Shown here one piece after another: positions 25,625-36,283 of a DNA stretch of 64,000 nucleotides (positions within the stretch are counted from its first letter, which is position 1; each line of letters begins with the position of its first letter). A model generated the notes under the pieces. It worked only from the letters and a program-made list of their open reading frames with translations, made no database searches and was not told the DNA's origin. Origin of the DNA: Geosiphon pyriformis uo1 (Eukaryota > Fungi > Glomeromycota); assembly GCA_016748015.1 (NCBI GenBank), contig JAAOMT010000779.1, positions 186,001-250,000 of the forward strand, read 5' to 3'. Made by a program: the position numbers and the translations under genes.

Positions 25625-27489
25625 AATAAAATTGACTAATTAATGAAAAAAGAGAATAAAGAAAATTATTTTTGGATATGGGGTTTTATTTGTTTTTGGG
25701 TTTGTGTGTTTTTGTAATTTATTTATTATTTTTGTCTTTGTGTGTTATTAAAAGGATTATTGTAAAATTATATTGAATTTAAGTGTTCAAGTTTGGCTGT
25801 TGTTCTATTATAATTATTGGTTCTAAATTTTGGGGAATATCTTCAGGTTTAACTAAAAGAGAATGTATACCAATTTGTGGAATTAATGGTTCAGAATTGT
25901 TTCTGAAGTGATAGTGTTTCAATCTATCTCCATGTGCAACTTTTGCTAGTATTTTGTCATCAAGTCTTAACTTGTATGATCCATTGCCTAGAATTTCGTG
26001 AATATAAAATGGTCCATTCCATTTGTTTTCAAATTTTCCACTCCATTGTTTTTCAGCCTTAGTTCTGTATAAGAGAACTTTATTTCCAACTTTAAATTCA
26101 TTGGTTATGGGTGGTAGTTTGTTGTCATGTCTTTCTTTTTGTTGTGCTTGAGAATATTCAATATGAGTTGCTGCTGTCCTTTTTTTTTCTTCCAGTGTAC
26201 TAAAAAGAGTATAGGCCCTTCTTTGGAGTGTTTCTTGAAAGTTTTCTTTATTAATTAGAGTATGTTTCTACTGTGAAATTAATTGGTAATGTTGCTGTTC
26301 TTTTATAAGTTAAATCAAATAGTGTGTGTTTTGTAGTATCTTGTTTTAGTGTTCTGTATGCTAGTAATACTGATGGAATAAAGATATCTCATGCCTACTC
26401 AAAATCTGTTAAGACTTTGGCTAGAGATTCACATAATGTTCTATTGAAACATTCTACAAGTTCATTTATTTGAGAGTGATAAGATGATGATAGAGGTCTT
26501 TTGACATTGAATCATTGTTACTGGAGGTTTTTGGTCTCTTTTTTTCAATGTTGTTAATGCCTGTTTGCTGTGAATTCACGTTTTCTGGATGTGGTTGAAC
26601 CTCCAGTAACTGAATTTATTTTCAAATTATCTCCTATAATTTGAATTGCTGGGCTTATAAGTAGAATGGCCAATTCCATGCCAGTTACTTTATATAGTTA
26701 TGTTGTAGTAAACATCAACTCTTTTCCAGGAATTGCTCGTCTAAAAGCTTACTAAAAATGTGTAGTTACTTTGCTGTGAAAGTCAACTCTTCTACAGGAA
26801 TTCTCGTCTGTAGGCTACCCAAATAATTTATAATAAGAAAAGAAAGAGAATAAAAGAAATGTAAAAAAAAAGCAAAACTGATGATTTATGAAAGTCATTT
26901 CGGATCCAGGCCTAGAAGTGCTTTAACAGTCTACTGAAATTGGTAGCTAATCAATTTCAAACTGTTAGTAGGAATTGGTTAATTCCAAGAGAAATAATTA
27001 AGAATTTGGTTTTTTGAATTTATTTGATATTTATTTTGTTTTTGTGTGTAAAGACTGATTCTAATTATTAAATCTGAAGTAAGATACATTTCCTCAAAGA
27101 GAAAAGCTCTTCTTTTATACAACTTGTCATAACACTATTCTATGAACTTGAACTTTGCTATTTTCTATAATTTCACTGAACTAAAGATACATTTTGGTGA
27201 ACTACAAATTATTTCTGCGAACTATTAGATATTTTGGCAAACTATCAATTATTTCAGTGAATTTCTTACAAATTTTAGCAAACGTTTTGAATGTTACATA
27301 GTTCGGAGTATTGCATGATTGATCATTACAATTAGGTTACATTTGTGTTATGTACAAATTGGGTTATTAATTAAATGATAATTTCGGATATTTTGCTAAT
27401 GTAATAAGTGATAATTTGAAATGATAATATATGCTAATTAGTGATAAGATTTATAAGAGTAATTTCATGCTAAACAATATCTTTAATTT

Positions 27490-28189
27490 TGTCTGGTAAC
27501 ATAACCTTCTTCTCAAGATTGAGCTCTGTCGAAGTCCAAGTACTGTCTGTAATTTCCAGATAATAATCTAAAATTATTAAAGAAATTTGGTCTGAAAATT
27601 GTTGAAATTTCAGTTCTGTGAGCTTTCCAATATATTGAATCTTCAAAGGCTGAAAAATTGGGTTTTGTAGGACGTTTTTACAGGTGTGGAATAGGTCATA
27701 AAGTCTAAGAGCAGCTCTTAGTTTATAACAACTGTTTGTAGGTCCAGCTGTTGTCTTAAATTCATTGTGAAGTTGTTTCTAAATAGCTTCTTTTGTAAGG
27801 TTTACTGCTGTAAGCTCCCGTTTTTGTTTATAAAGTGTTTTTCCAACATAGAAATATCTATATATTGGAGTATAGTTGTAGTTTTCTTCATTAAAACACA
27901 GTTGAAGTTTTTGTTGAATAGTAGCATTCGGTGGAATACTAATAGGAGTGAGCATTAAGTTTTCTCTTAAAGCAAGCTTTAAAAGTTCTGGCAGGTGAAT
28001 TCCAGAATAACTTCTTGTGTTTTTCTTATATGGGTGATATTTTCGTGAATTTGGAGCTAAATTTGTGACTACTTCTGTTTGGGTATAATTAATGTAATTT
28101 CCAGTAACAGTAATAGATAATTCGGGTATTGTTTTTAAAGCTAACATTAGTTTTTGGGATAATTGTTAAATGTTTTGAGGAATAGTCAT
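27490..28189 (-). pseudogene. G2 accessory ORF3
   Basis: ATG at 28189; LPELLKLALRENL...IQQKLQLC...IYRYFYVGKTLYK...YKLRAALRLYDLF, homologous to G1 ORF3. Confidence 0.8.
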
Positions 28190-28311
28190 TATAAGAGATT
28201 TGAAAATAAAAGAAAATTATTTTTGGTGTATGGGTTTTTATGTTATTTTTGTTTTGTTTTTGTGAGATTGTTTCTAAATTATAAAAAGATAACTATAATA
28301 ATAAATTTAAA

Positions 28312-29698
28312 TTAAGTGTTCAAGTTGGGAGGTTGTTCAATGACAACTATTGATTCTAAATTCCGGGGAATATCTTCGGGATTGATTAAAGGGGAATGTG
28401 TGCCAATTTGTGGAATTAATGATTCAGGATTGTTTTTGGAATTATAGTGTTTCAAACGATCTTCATGTGCAACTTTTACTAGGATTTTGTCATCAAGTCT
28501 TAGCTTGTATGATCCATTGCCTAGAATTTCATAGATAAAAAATGGTCTATCCTATTTATTTTCGAATTTTCCACTTCATTGTTTTTCAGCTTTAGTTCTG
28601 TATAAGAGAACTTTATTTCCAACTTTAAATTTGTTGATAATAGGTGGTAATTTATTGTCATGTCTTTCTTTTTTGTTGAGCTTGAGAATATTCAATATGA
28701 GTTGCTGCTATTCGTCATTTTTCTTCCAATGTGCTAAGCAGAGTGTAGGCTCTTTGTTGTAGTGTTTTCTGGAAATTGTTTTTATCAATTGGTTGTGCTG
28801 GGTATGTTTCCACTGTGAAACTAATTGGTAATGTTGCTGTCCTTCCATAAGTTAAATCAAATAGTGTGTGTTTTGTGGTATCTTGTTTTAGTGTTCTATA
28901 TGCTAGTAACACTAATGGAATAAAGATATCTCACTCTTGCTCAAAATCGGTTGAGACTTTGGCTAATGACTCACACAATGTTCTGTTAAAACATTCCACA
29001 AGTCTGTTTGTTTATGGATGGTAGAGTAAAAACAGAGGTCTTTTGACATTGGATTGTTTGCAAATTTTTTGTATCAGGTTGTTCACAAAGTGTATCCCCT
29101 GATCAGATAAAAGTTCAATTAGACATCCATGTCTACAAATAATGTCTTCATAGATAAAATTTGCTACTGATTTTGTATCTACTTGTTGAATGGCTCTGGC
29201 TTCGGGCCATTTAGTAAGATAGTCTACAGTTACTGCAATATAACAGTTTCCTTAAGTGGTAATAGATAGTGGTCTGACTAAATTGATACCAACTCGGTCA
29301 AAGAGTTGTCCAACTTTGATTAGATTTAATGGTTCAGTAGGGCGTGTTCCTCTTCTTCTTTGACAACTATCACAAGATTTGACATATTTGTGAATGTCTT
29401 TTCTTATTTGAGGCCAAAAGTAGTATTCTAGTGTTCTTTGGATGGTGCTGTTTTTTCCGAAGTGTGCTGATGAAGAATTTGAGTGCATGTTGTATAATAT
29501 AGTCTCTTTTGCCTGTTTTTGTATTAATCTGAATAGTTTGTCTGGGTTTTTGAAATTTCGATGATAAATAATGTTGTTGTGTAGAAAATATTGTTTGGCT
29601 TGTTGTTGTAGTCGATGTTTTTCATCTGGAGACCAATCTGTTGGGATCATTAATGTTTCCAGATATTGTTTGAGATTGTTGTAGTTTTCGGGGTTCAT
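28312..29698 (-). pseudogene. G2 integrase ORF with its own ATG
   Basis: MNPENYNNLKQYL...MH......HFG...YFWP....CDSC, FDRVGINLV, GPF module; stop at 28312-28314. Confidence 0.88.
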
Positions 29699-29744
29699 TG
29701 TTTGTTGTTTTGTTGTTAATTCAAATAGGTGTTGTTTTTATGTT

Positions 29745-32700
29745 CTAATCTTGCCTCATTCTTAAGAGACAATCAACATTGGTGTGGAGTTTTCCTGGTT
29801 TGTAATGTACAATGTATTGGTAGTTGGCTAAAAATCCTGTCCATCAGGTTTGTTTTGTGTTCAGTTGGGTGTTTTTGTTCTAAAGCCATTTGAGTCCAAT
29901 ATTATTAGTGATAATATCGAATTTTTTAGGCCTGAAATAAAGGTTGAAGTGGTGTAGGGCCCAGATTATGGCTGCTGTTTCTAGTTCTGTGGTAAAGTAG
30001 TTTTTCTCAGCTGGTTTTAATGTTCTGCTAGCATAAGCGATTACTCGCTCATTTCCATTGTCATCTAATTGTGATAAGATGGCACCAAAGGCAGTATAAG
30101 AGACATCTGTTGCTAATCAAAATTGGTTGCTGAAATCTGAGTAGATGAGAATTGGAGCTGTCATTAGTTTTTCTTTGAGGATTTCAAATGCATTTTGGCA
30201 TTCAACAATCCATTTGTATTCAACATTTTTGGTGGTAAGCTGGTTAAGAGGTTTTGCGATTTTTGAGAATTCTTTGATAAATTTCCAATAGTAGGAGGCT
30301 AACCCTATGAACCCTCTTAGTTCTGTAGTGTTTTGAAGAGTTTTGAAGTTTTTGATAGTGCTGATTTTTCCAGGGTCTGGTTTGATTCAAGAAAGACCAA
30401 GCTTGTTTTTCCAAAGTAGCATTTTTCGATGTTGAGTTTTAGTCCTGCTTTTTGTAATCATTGAAAAACTTCTCACAGGTGTTTTAAGTGTAATTCGAAT
30501 GATAGAGAATAAACATCAATATCATCAAGATAAATGACTACTGACTTCCAAAAGAGCCCTTGGTACACAACATCTATTAATCTCTGAAATGTTGCTGGTG
30601 TGTTGCATAATCCAAAGGGCATTACATTGAATTCATAATTTCCGCCTTGGGTGGTGAATGCTGTTTTGGGGTGATTTTTGGGATCCATAGCAACTTGCCA
30701 GTAACCACTTTCTAAATCTAGTGTTGAAAAGTATTTGGATTTTCCAAGAGCATCTAACATGTTATCAATTCAGAGAAGGGGGTAGGCATTTCCAATTGTA
30801 ACACTGTTAAGTTGTTGATAGTCAACACAAAATCATATCTTTCCATTTTTTTTTAACTAGCACTACAGGTAAAGCCCAAGGATTCATGGAGGGTTGAATG
30901 AACCTATTGTTAAGCATTCGTTGTACTTCTTCTCTGATGAATTGGTGGCTTTCTGGAGCAACTTGATATGTTTGTTGTCTTCTTGGTTTGGCATCTCCTG
31001 TATAAATTTGGTGTTAGACCAAATTGGTTCTTCCTAAGTTATTGTTGTTTTCAGCAAAGATATCAGCAAATTTTGCAATTAGCTCTTTGAGCTGGTTTTG
31101 TTGTTTTGGTTCAAATTGTTCCATGTTGATTCGAGATAGTTTTTTTATAACAACATGGTAGTTTTTAGAGCTAGAGTTTGGGTTGATTTTTGATAGTAAA
31201 TGTCCAATGATTTCCAAAAAATTGGGAACTGTCTGGGGTAGTTCTTGTTGAAAGATGTTACTGTGAATGACTCCAATTTCTGAGTTATTTAATAGAATTA
31301 TGGGGTAATTTTTGGGATTGTAAAAAGTAACTTAGACTTTCTTTGTTCCTTCTGGAATATAAATATTTGGGATCAAAATATTATGTTCCAAGCAGACTTG
31401 TTCATTGGACTCAAAAATTTGTCATGTGGTTGTTGGCTTTGGGCAGATGTAGATTTTCGGATGTTCTCCAAAGAGTAAAATGGTAATTGGTTGTGGAAGT
31501 CTGAGAATCTGGTGGGATTCATTCTGTGTGTTAAGAGCTATATTAACTGGAACTGTGAATTGTCCAGTTGAACCAAAACCTTGGGTTCCTCTATCACTTT
31601 TTTCTAATTGTTCTTTTTGATTGACTAGTTGTAAACCCGAAATGTTGATTAGGGGTAGGTAAATAGCTTGGGCAATTTTTTCAGCATGGTCAATCTTGAA
31701 TAGTTTGTTAGTTTCATTTTGAAGCATTACTGTAATGTCTCCCGTATATCCAGCATCAATTATTCCTCCTTTGATATTGATTCCTTTGCTTGCTAGAGAG
31801 GACTGAGAGGTGATTTGAACCATTGCTCCTGGCAGGATTTCGAGTGCAATTTTGAGATTAATTTTTGTGAGAGATTTGGGTTTGAGAACAAGAATATTCT
31901 TGTCTGGATATCTTAGATTATATCCAGCATCAATTTCATGTGTTTTTTCGGTTTTTATTCCTTGTCTGTTGTTGTTAAAGTATTTGAGTTGTAAGACAGG
32001 CTGACTTTTAATAAGATAGATGGGTGTTGTTTCAATTTCTTCTGTTGCTTCAGGTTCTCCAAATTTAATTTTGTTTTCATTGTTTTCACTGGGCAGGGAA
32101 ATGCTAAAAGCATAGCATTCAGGGCACCATTGTTCATCACAGAGCATTATGCATTTTTCACACAATTTAACGTTCATTTGCTCTAGCTGTTGAGCTTGAA
32201 CTTCTTTGGTCAGGTAAGTGTAACTGGCAATTTGGTGATATACTTCTACTTTATCTTTGTAGTTGTATCCAGCAATTTCAAAGGTGTATGCAATGTATTC
32301 TGATTCTTTCATTTGACAAACATTTTCTTGAGTGGCTCCATTGATTAAAGCCATTGCTAGGTCGAAAATTATTTCAGCATTATGAGGATAATAGTACAGT
32401 TTGTTGAGAGCACTGTTGTATGCTGTATCAAAGAGTGTTCTTCTTTTTACTTTTTCTGAAATTGATAAAGCATATTGGCAGGTCTGATCACAGACTCCTC
32501 CTCTCATTGCTACATCAATCCAATTGCATTCTTCTGGTAGCATATCTTCACAAGTCAAACAAGGGGTGTTATCCCATTTTCTGTTTCTTTTTATTAGATG
32601 GCCCCATTGTTCTCTATGGCAAGCCTTGCAGTAATAACAAGTATGATTTTCATATTCTTTTTCAGGTGAAATGCAGGCTCCCATTGAGGAGAGTTTCTTG

Positions 32701-35700
32701 TGGCAGTCCTTGTATTTGAGTGGAATATAGGGGCATTGTTTTTATGGTTCTGGTTTTGAATAGGGGACATTCCATCCAGTTGTCACTGGTTCTTCTGTTT
32801 CAAAAGAATCATTTGTTAAAAAGTACTGTTGTTCAGTTTCATTAGCCCAATTGGAGGTTGATCTAAGTGCCATAAATGTTTCAATGATGGGCTTTTCTTC
32901 TTCTGGTTTGAATTTAAAAGCCAGGGCTTTTTCGGAGCATTTGTTGAATGTATTACAAGTGACAGGTACCCGGGCGTATTATCTTTGGTAGGAGATTGTT
33001 AACTCTTATGTCTCCCAATTCAGATTAGCATTGGCTTTTTGAAGCCAATTATTTCTGACGAGAGCTTGGTACTGGGGTGTGTCCATTACAAGAACTTTAA
33101 CTGGAATGGTAATTCCATCAAGAGTGAATGGAAAATTGTCAATTTCTCCTACTGGAGTCTTTTTCATACCATCGGCAGTGATGATTACTGTTTGAGCTGG
33201 TCAGTCAACATTTCTCTTCAACTGTTGTATTAACTGGTAGGTGATAATGCTTCTGGCAAATCTACTGTCTAGGATCAAGCGAATTGTCTTTCTTTCGACT
33301 TCTGTTTCAGTATACATAGCCATGATTGCTTTTTGTTTGTTGGTGGCTGTATTGCTAAGCAGGAATGGTAACTCATTTGCTTCGAACTCAAAAGAGAATA
33401 TATCTGAAAAGTTAGCGTTTTTAGCAATTCTGGCTGGTGAGATTGTGGTAAGAGTATAGAAAAGGTTTTGTTGTTGTGCTGCAGCTCTACCTTCCGAGGG
33501 TGCAGTATGGTGAAAATCTTGTTCTTCTGGCATTGTTAAATAACTGGGTTGAGTATGATAATGGGTGGGTCTTGGCTGAGCTGGATTTCAGAGAACTAAT
33601 TGGTTGTTCGAATTGATTCTATTGTTGTTTACTTGGTATCAGTTTTGTGGTGTAAATTGATTTTGTGAGATTAATTTTCGAGCAGGCACTTGATAATATT
33701 GTGTGGGTGGTTGTTGGTATTGCTGTTGAATTGGTTATGAGGCAGGCTAATAATAATTACTTTGATATTGGAGTTTTGGTGGATAGTAAGCTGGTGGTGG
33801 TGGTTGATAATAAGATTGCTATAGTAGAGGGTAATGTTGATTACTCTTATTTTGTTGGTCTCATTGTAGCTTTTTGCAATATCTTTTCCAGTGGCCAGGA
33901 ATTCCACAGTAATGGCAACTCTGAGGCTAGTTATTAGAGAGTGATGTGAAGTTGTTTTGATTTTGTCTTTGGGGTGGTTGATATCTTTGGGGTTGCTGTT
34001 GTTGTTGGTTGGTGAAATAGTTTTCGACTTTCTTTGCGAGTTGGTCAATTTTTTCTTCAGCTGCTAAGCTGGTTTCTCTAATGGCTAAGTTCACAAGTTT
34101 TGTATGATTGGCTTCTTCCATGGCCATTTCATATTTCTTTGCATGCTAAATAGCAGAGTTTAAATCTTCTGGGGCATATGGACGAATCTTTTTAATTAGT
34201 TTATCTTTTAAACCAGTGATAAATTGATCCAAGATTTGAGCATCAGAATAATAATCATTAGTTTCAAGTTGGTGAATTTGTTTGAGAAGTTGGTTGAATT
34301 TCCCAATATAAGTCATAACAGATTTGGAGGGTTTTTATTTGATATTGCGAAAACAATTTCAAAGGGTGATGGAGGTATTATTGTCAGTGAACTGTTCAAG
34401 AAAGGCTGCTTTGAAAGCGTCCCAATCATTAAATAGAGCGGCCAAGTTTTTAAACCATTCTCCTGCTGTTCCTTTGAGAAAGTAGGGAATTGTTCTTAAC
34501 ATTCTGGCAGCATTCCATTTATTTGCATCTTCAGCTTTAGTAACTTGGTCGAGCCATTCTTGAGAACTGGTCTCAATGTTTTCTCCATTAAATTCAGGGA
34601 TTTTTGTGATGTATGCTGTCATTTCATTTTCTTTGTTTTCACTGTTTATTAATTCTTCTTCAGTTATTTCAGAGTCATTTTCTTCATTTGCTGCTGTCTC
34701 AGAGTGTTCACTTTGATTTTCAGTTAGAAAATCAAGAAGATTGGAACTAGTTTGAAAGGGTTTTTGCTGTCTGGTGGGACTTCTGAGTAATGTAAAATCT
34801 TTTGGTCTTGCAAATCAATTCAAAGGTGAATTAGGTATTTGTGTTTGTGCAAGTAAAGCTGGAAAAGATGTGATAGTGAATGGAAGTTTTGAACTGGTTC
34901 CTTGTTCAGGTGTTTGTAAGTGTTTGGCAGTTGTTTTTGGTAGTATTGAAGTATTTGGGGTGGTTTTTGAGTATTGCTTCAATTTGTGTTTGCCTTTGTT
35001 GCTTGTTTCTGTCTCCAATTCAAAATCAATAGAATATTGAAACTGCACTGAATATGTTTCTTCACAGTACTTGATAATGTTAAAATTAAGTTCTTGAAAC
35101 TAAGTGGCAAGTGTTTCACTGTTAAGGTCTTCAGTTTTCAACTGTGAATAGTGTGCTAAATTGTTGTAAAGATTGTTTCTAACTTCTGAGATATTGTAAT
35201 TTCCAAAAAGATAATTGTTAATGTGGTTTTCAATGTATTGGTATACTGATTTCTTGACAACTTCAATTTCATCTAGAATGTTGAATCTTTGCTTGCAGTG
35301 AATGTAAATTGATTGGTAATACTTTAGAGTTGTTGTGTCTGGTGTTACCAGTAGAATTTTAGCTATTAATTAGCATGAAATTTCCCTTATAATTCCTATC
35401 ATTAATTAGCACATATTATTATCGTTTCGAATTTCACTTATTATTTAATCAAATTAGCAATTATCATCATTTAATCAATAACCCGATTTGGACCATAGAA
35501 ATTGAGATGATCAATTTACACAATACCCTGAACCATATAACATAGCAAAAATTCGCCGAAATTAATGGAAATTGGCCGAAATAATTCATAGTTCAGCGAA
35601 ATAACTTGTAGTTCGCCGAAATGTATCTTTAGTTCACCGAAATTCTAGAAAAGAGAAAAAGTGCAAGTTCAAAGACTAGTACTACAACAAGTTGTATAAA

Positions 35701-36283
35701 AGAAGAGCTTCTCTCTTCAAGAAAATGTATCTTCTNNNNNNNNNNNNNNNNNNNNNNNNNNNNNNNNNNNNNNNNNNNNNNNNNNNNNNNNNNNNNNNNN
35801 NNNNNNNNNNNNNNNNNNNNNNNNNNNNNNNNNNNNNNNNNNNNNNNNNNNNNNNNNNNNNNNNNNNNNNNNNNNNNNNNNNNNNNNNNNNNNNNNNNNN
35901 NNNNNNNNNNNNNNNNNNNNNNNNNNNNNNNNNNNNNNNNNNNNNNNNNNNNNNNNNCATTTGGGTAGCCTACAGACGAGATTCCTGTAGAAGAGTTGAC
36001 TTTCACAGCAAAGTAACTACACATTTTTAGTGAGCTTCCAGACGAGCAATTCCTGGGAAAGAGTTGACGTTTACTACAACGTAACTACATAAAGTAACTG
36101 GCACGGAATTGGCCATTCCACTTATAAGCCCAGCGGTTCAAATTATAGGAGATAATTTGAAGATAAATTCAGTTATCGAAGGTTCAACTACTTCCTCTAG
36201 TCGTGAATAAAACAGCAAACAAGCATCAACAACATTTAAGAAAAGAGACCAAAAACCTCCGGTAACACTGGTATGATTGCCAC
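29745..36283 (-). pseudogene. G2 ORF1 (extension-Gag-PR-Cys-rich-dUTPase-RT-RH), interrupted by LTR 35343-36267
   Basis: MTAYITKIPEFNGE, LILDS, CYYCKACH, DAGYNLRYP...GGIIDAGYTGD...RGTQGFGSTG, MPFGLCNTPATFQ, YLDD. Confidence 0.88.
35343..36267 (+). mobile_element. Youngest B-family LTR insertion (CpG-rich) spanning N gap 35736-35957; solo LTR or collapsed full element
   Basis: TGTTACC...GGTAACA termini; TSD CTGG/CTGG; retains many CpGs that are TpG/CpA in the other B copies. Confidence 0.88.

Noticed and set aside
25779-25990. Chromodomain at the integrase C-terminus
   Set aside because: Only a GPF module and a short Pro-rich tail precede the stop; no chromodomain pattern.
35551-35645. CRISPR-like array
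   Set aside because: Eukaryotic LTR context, ~20-bp total period with no real spacers, and no cas genes.
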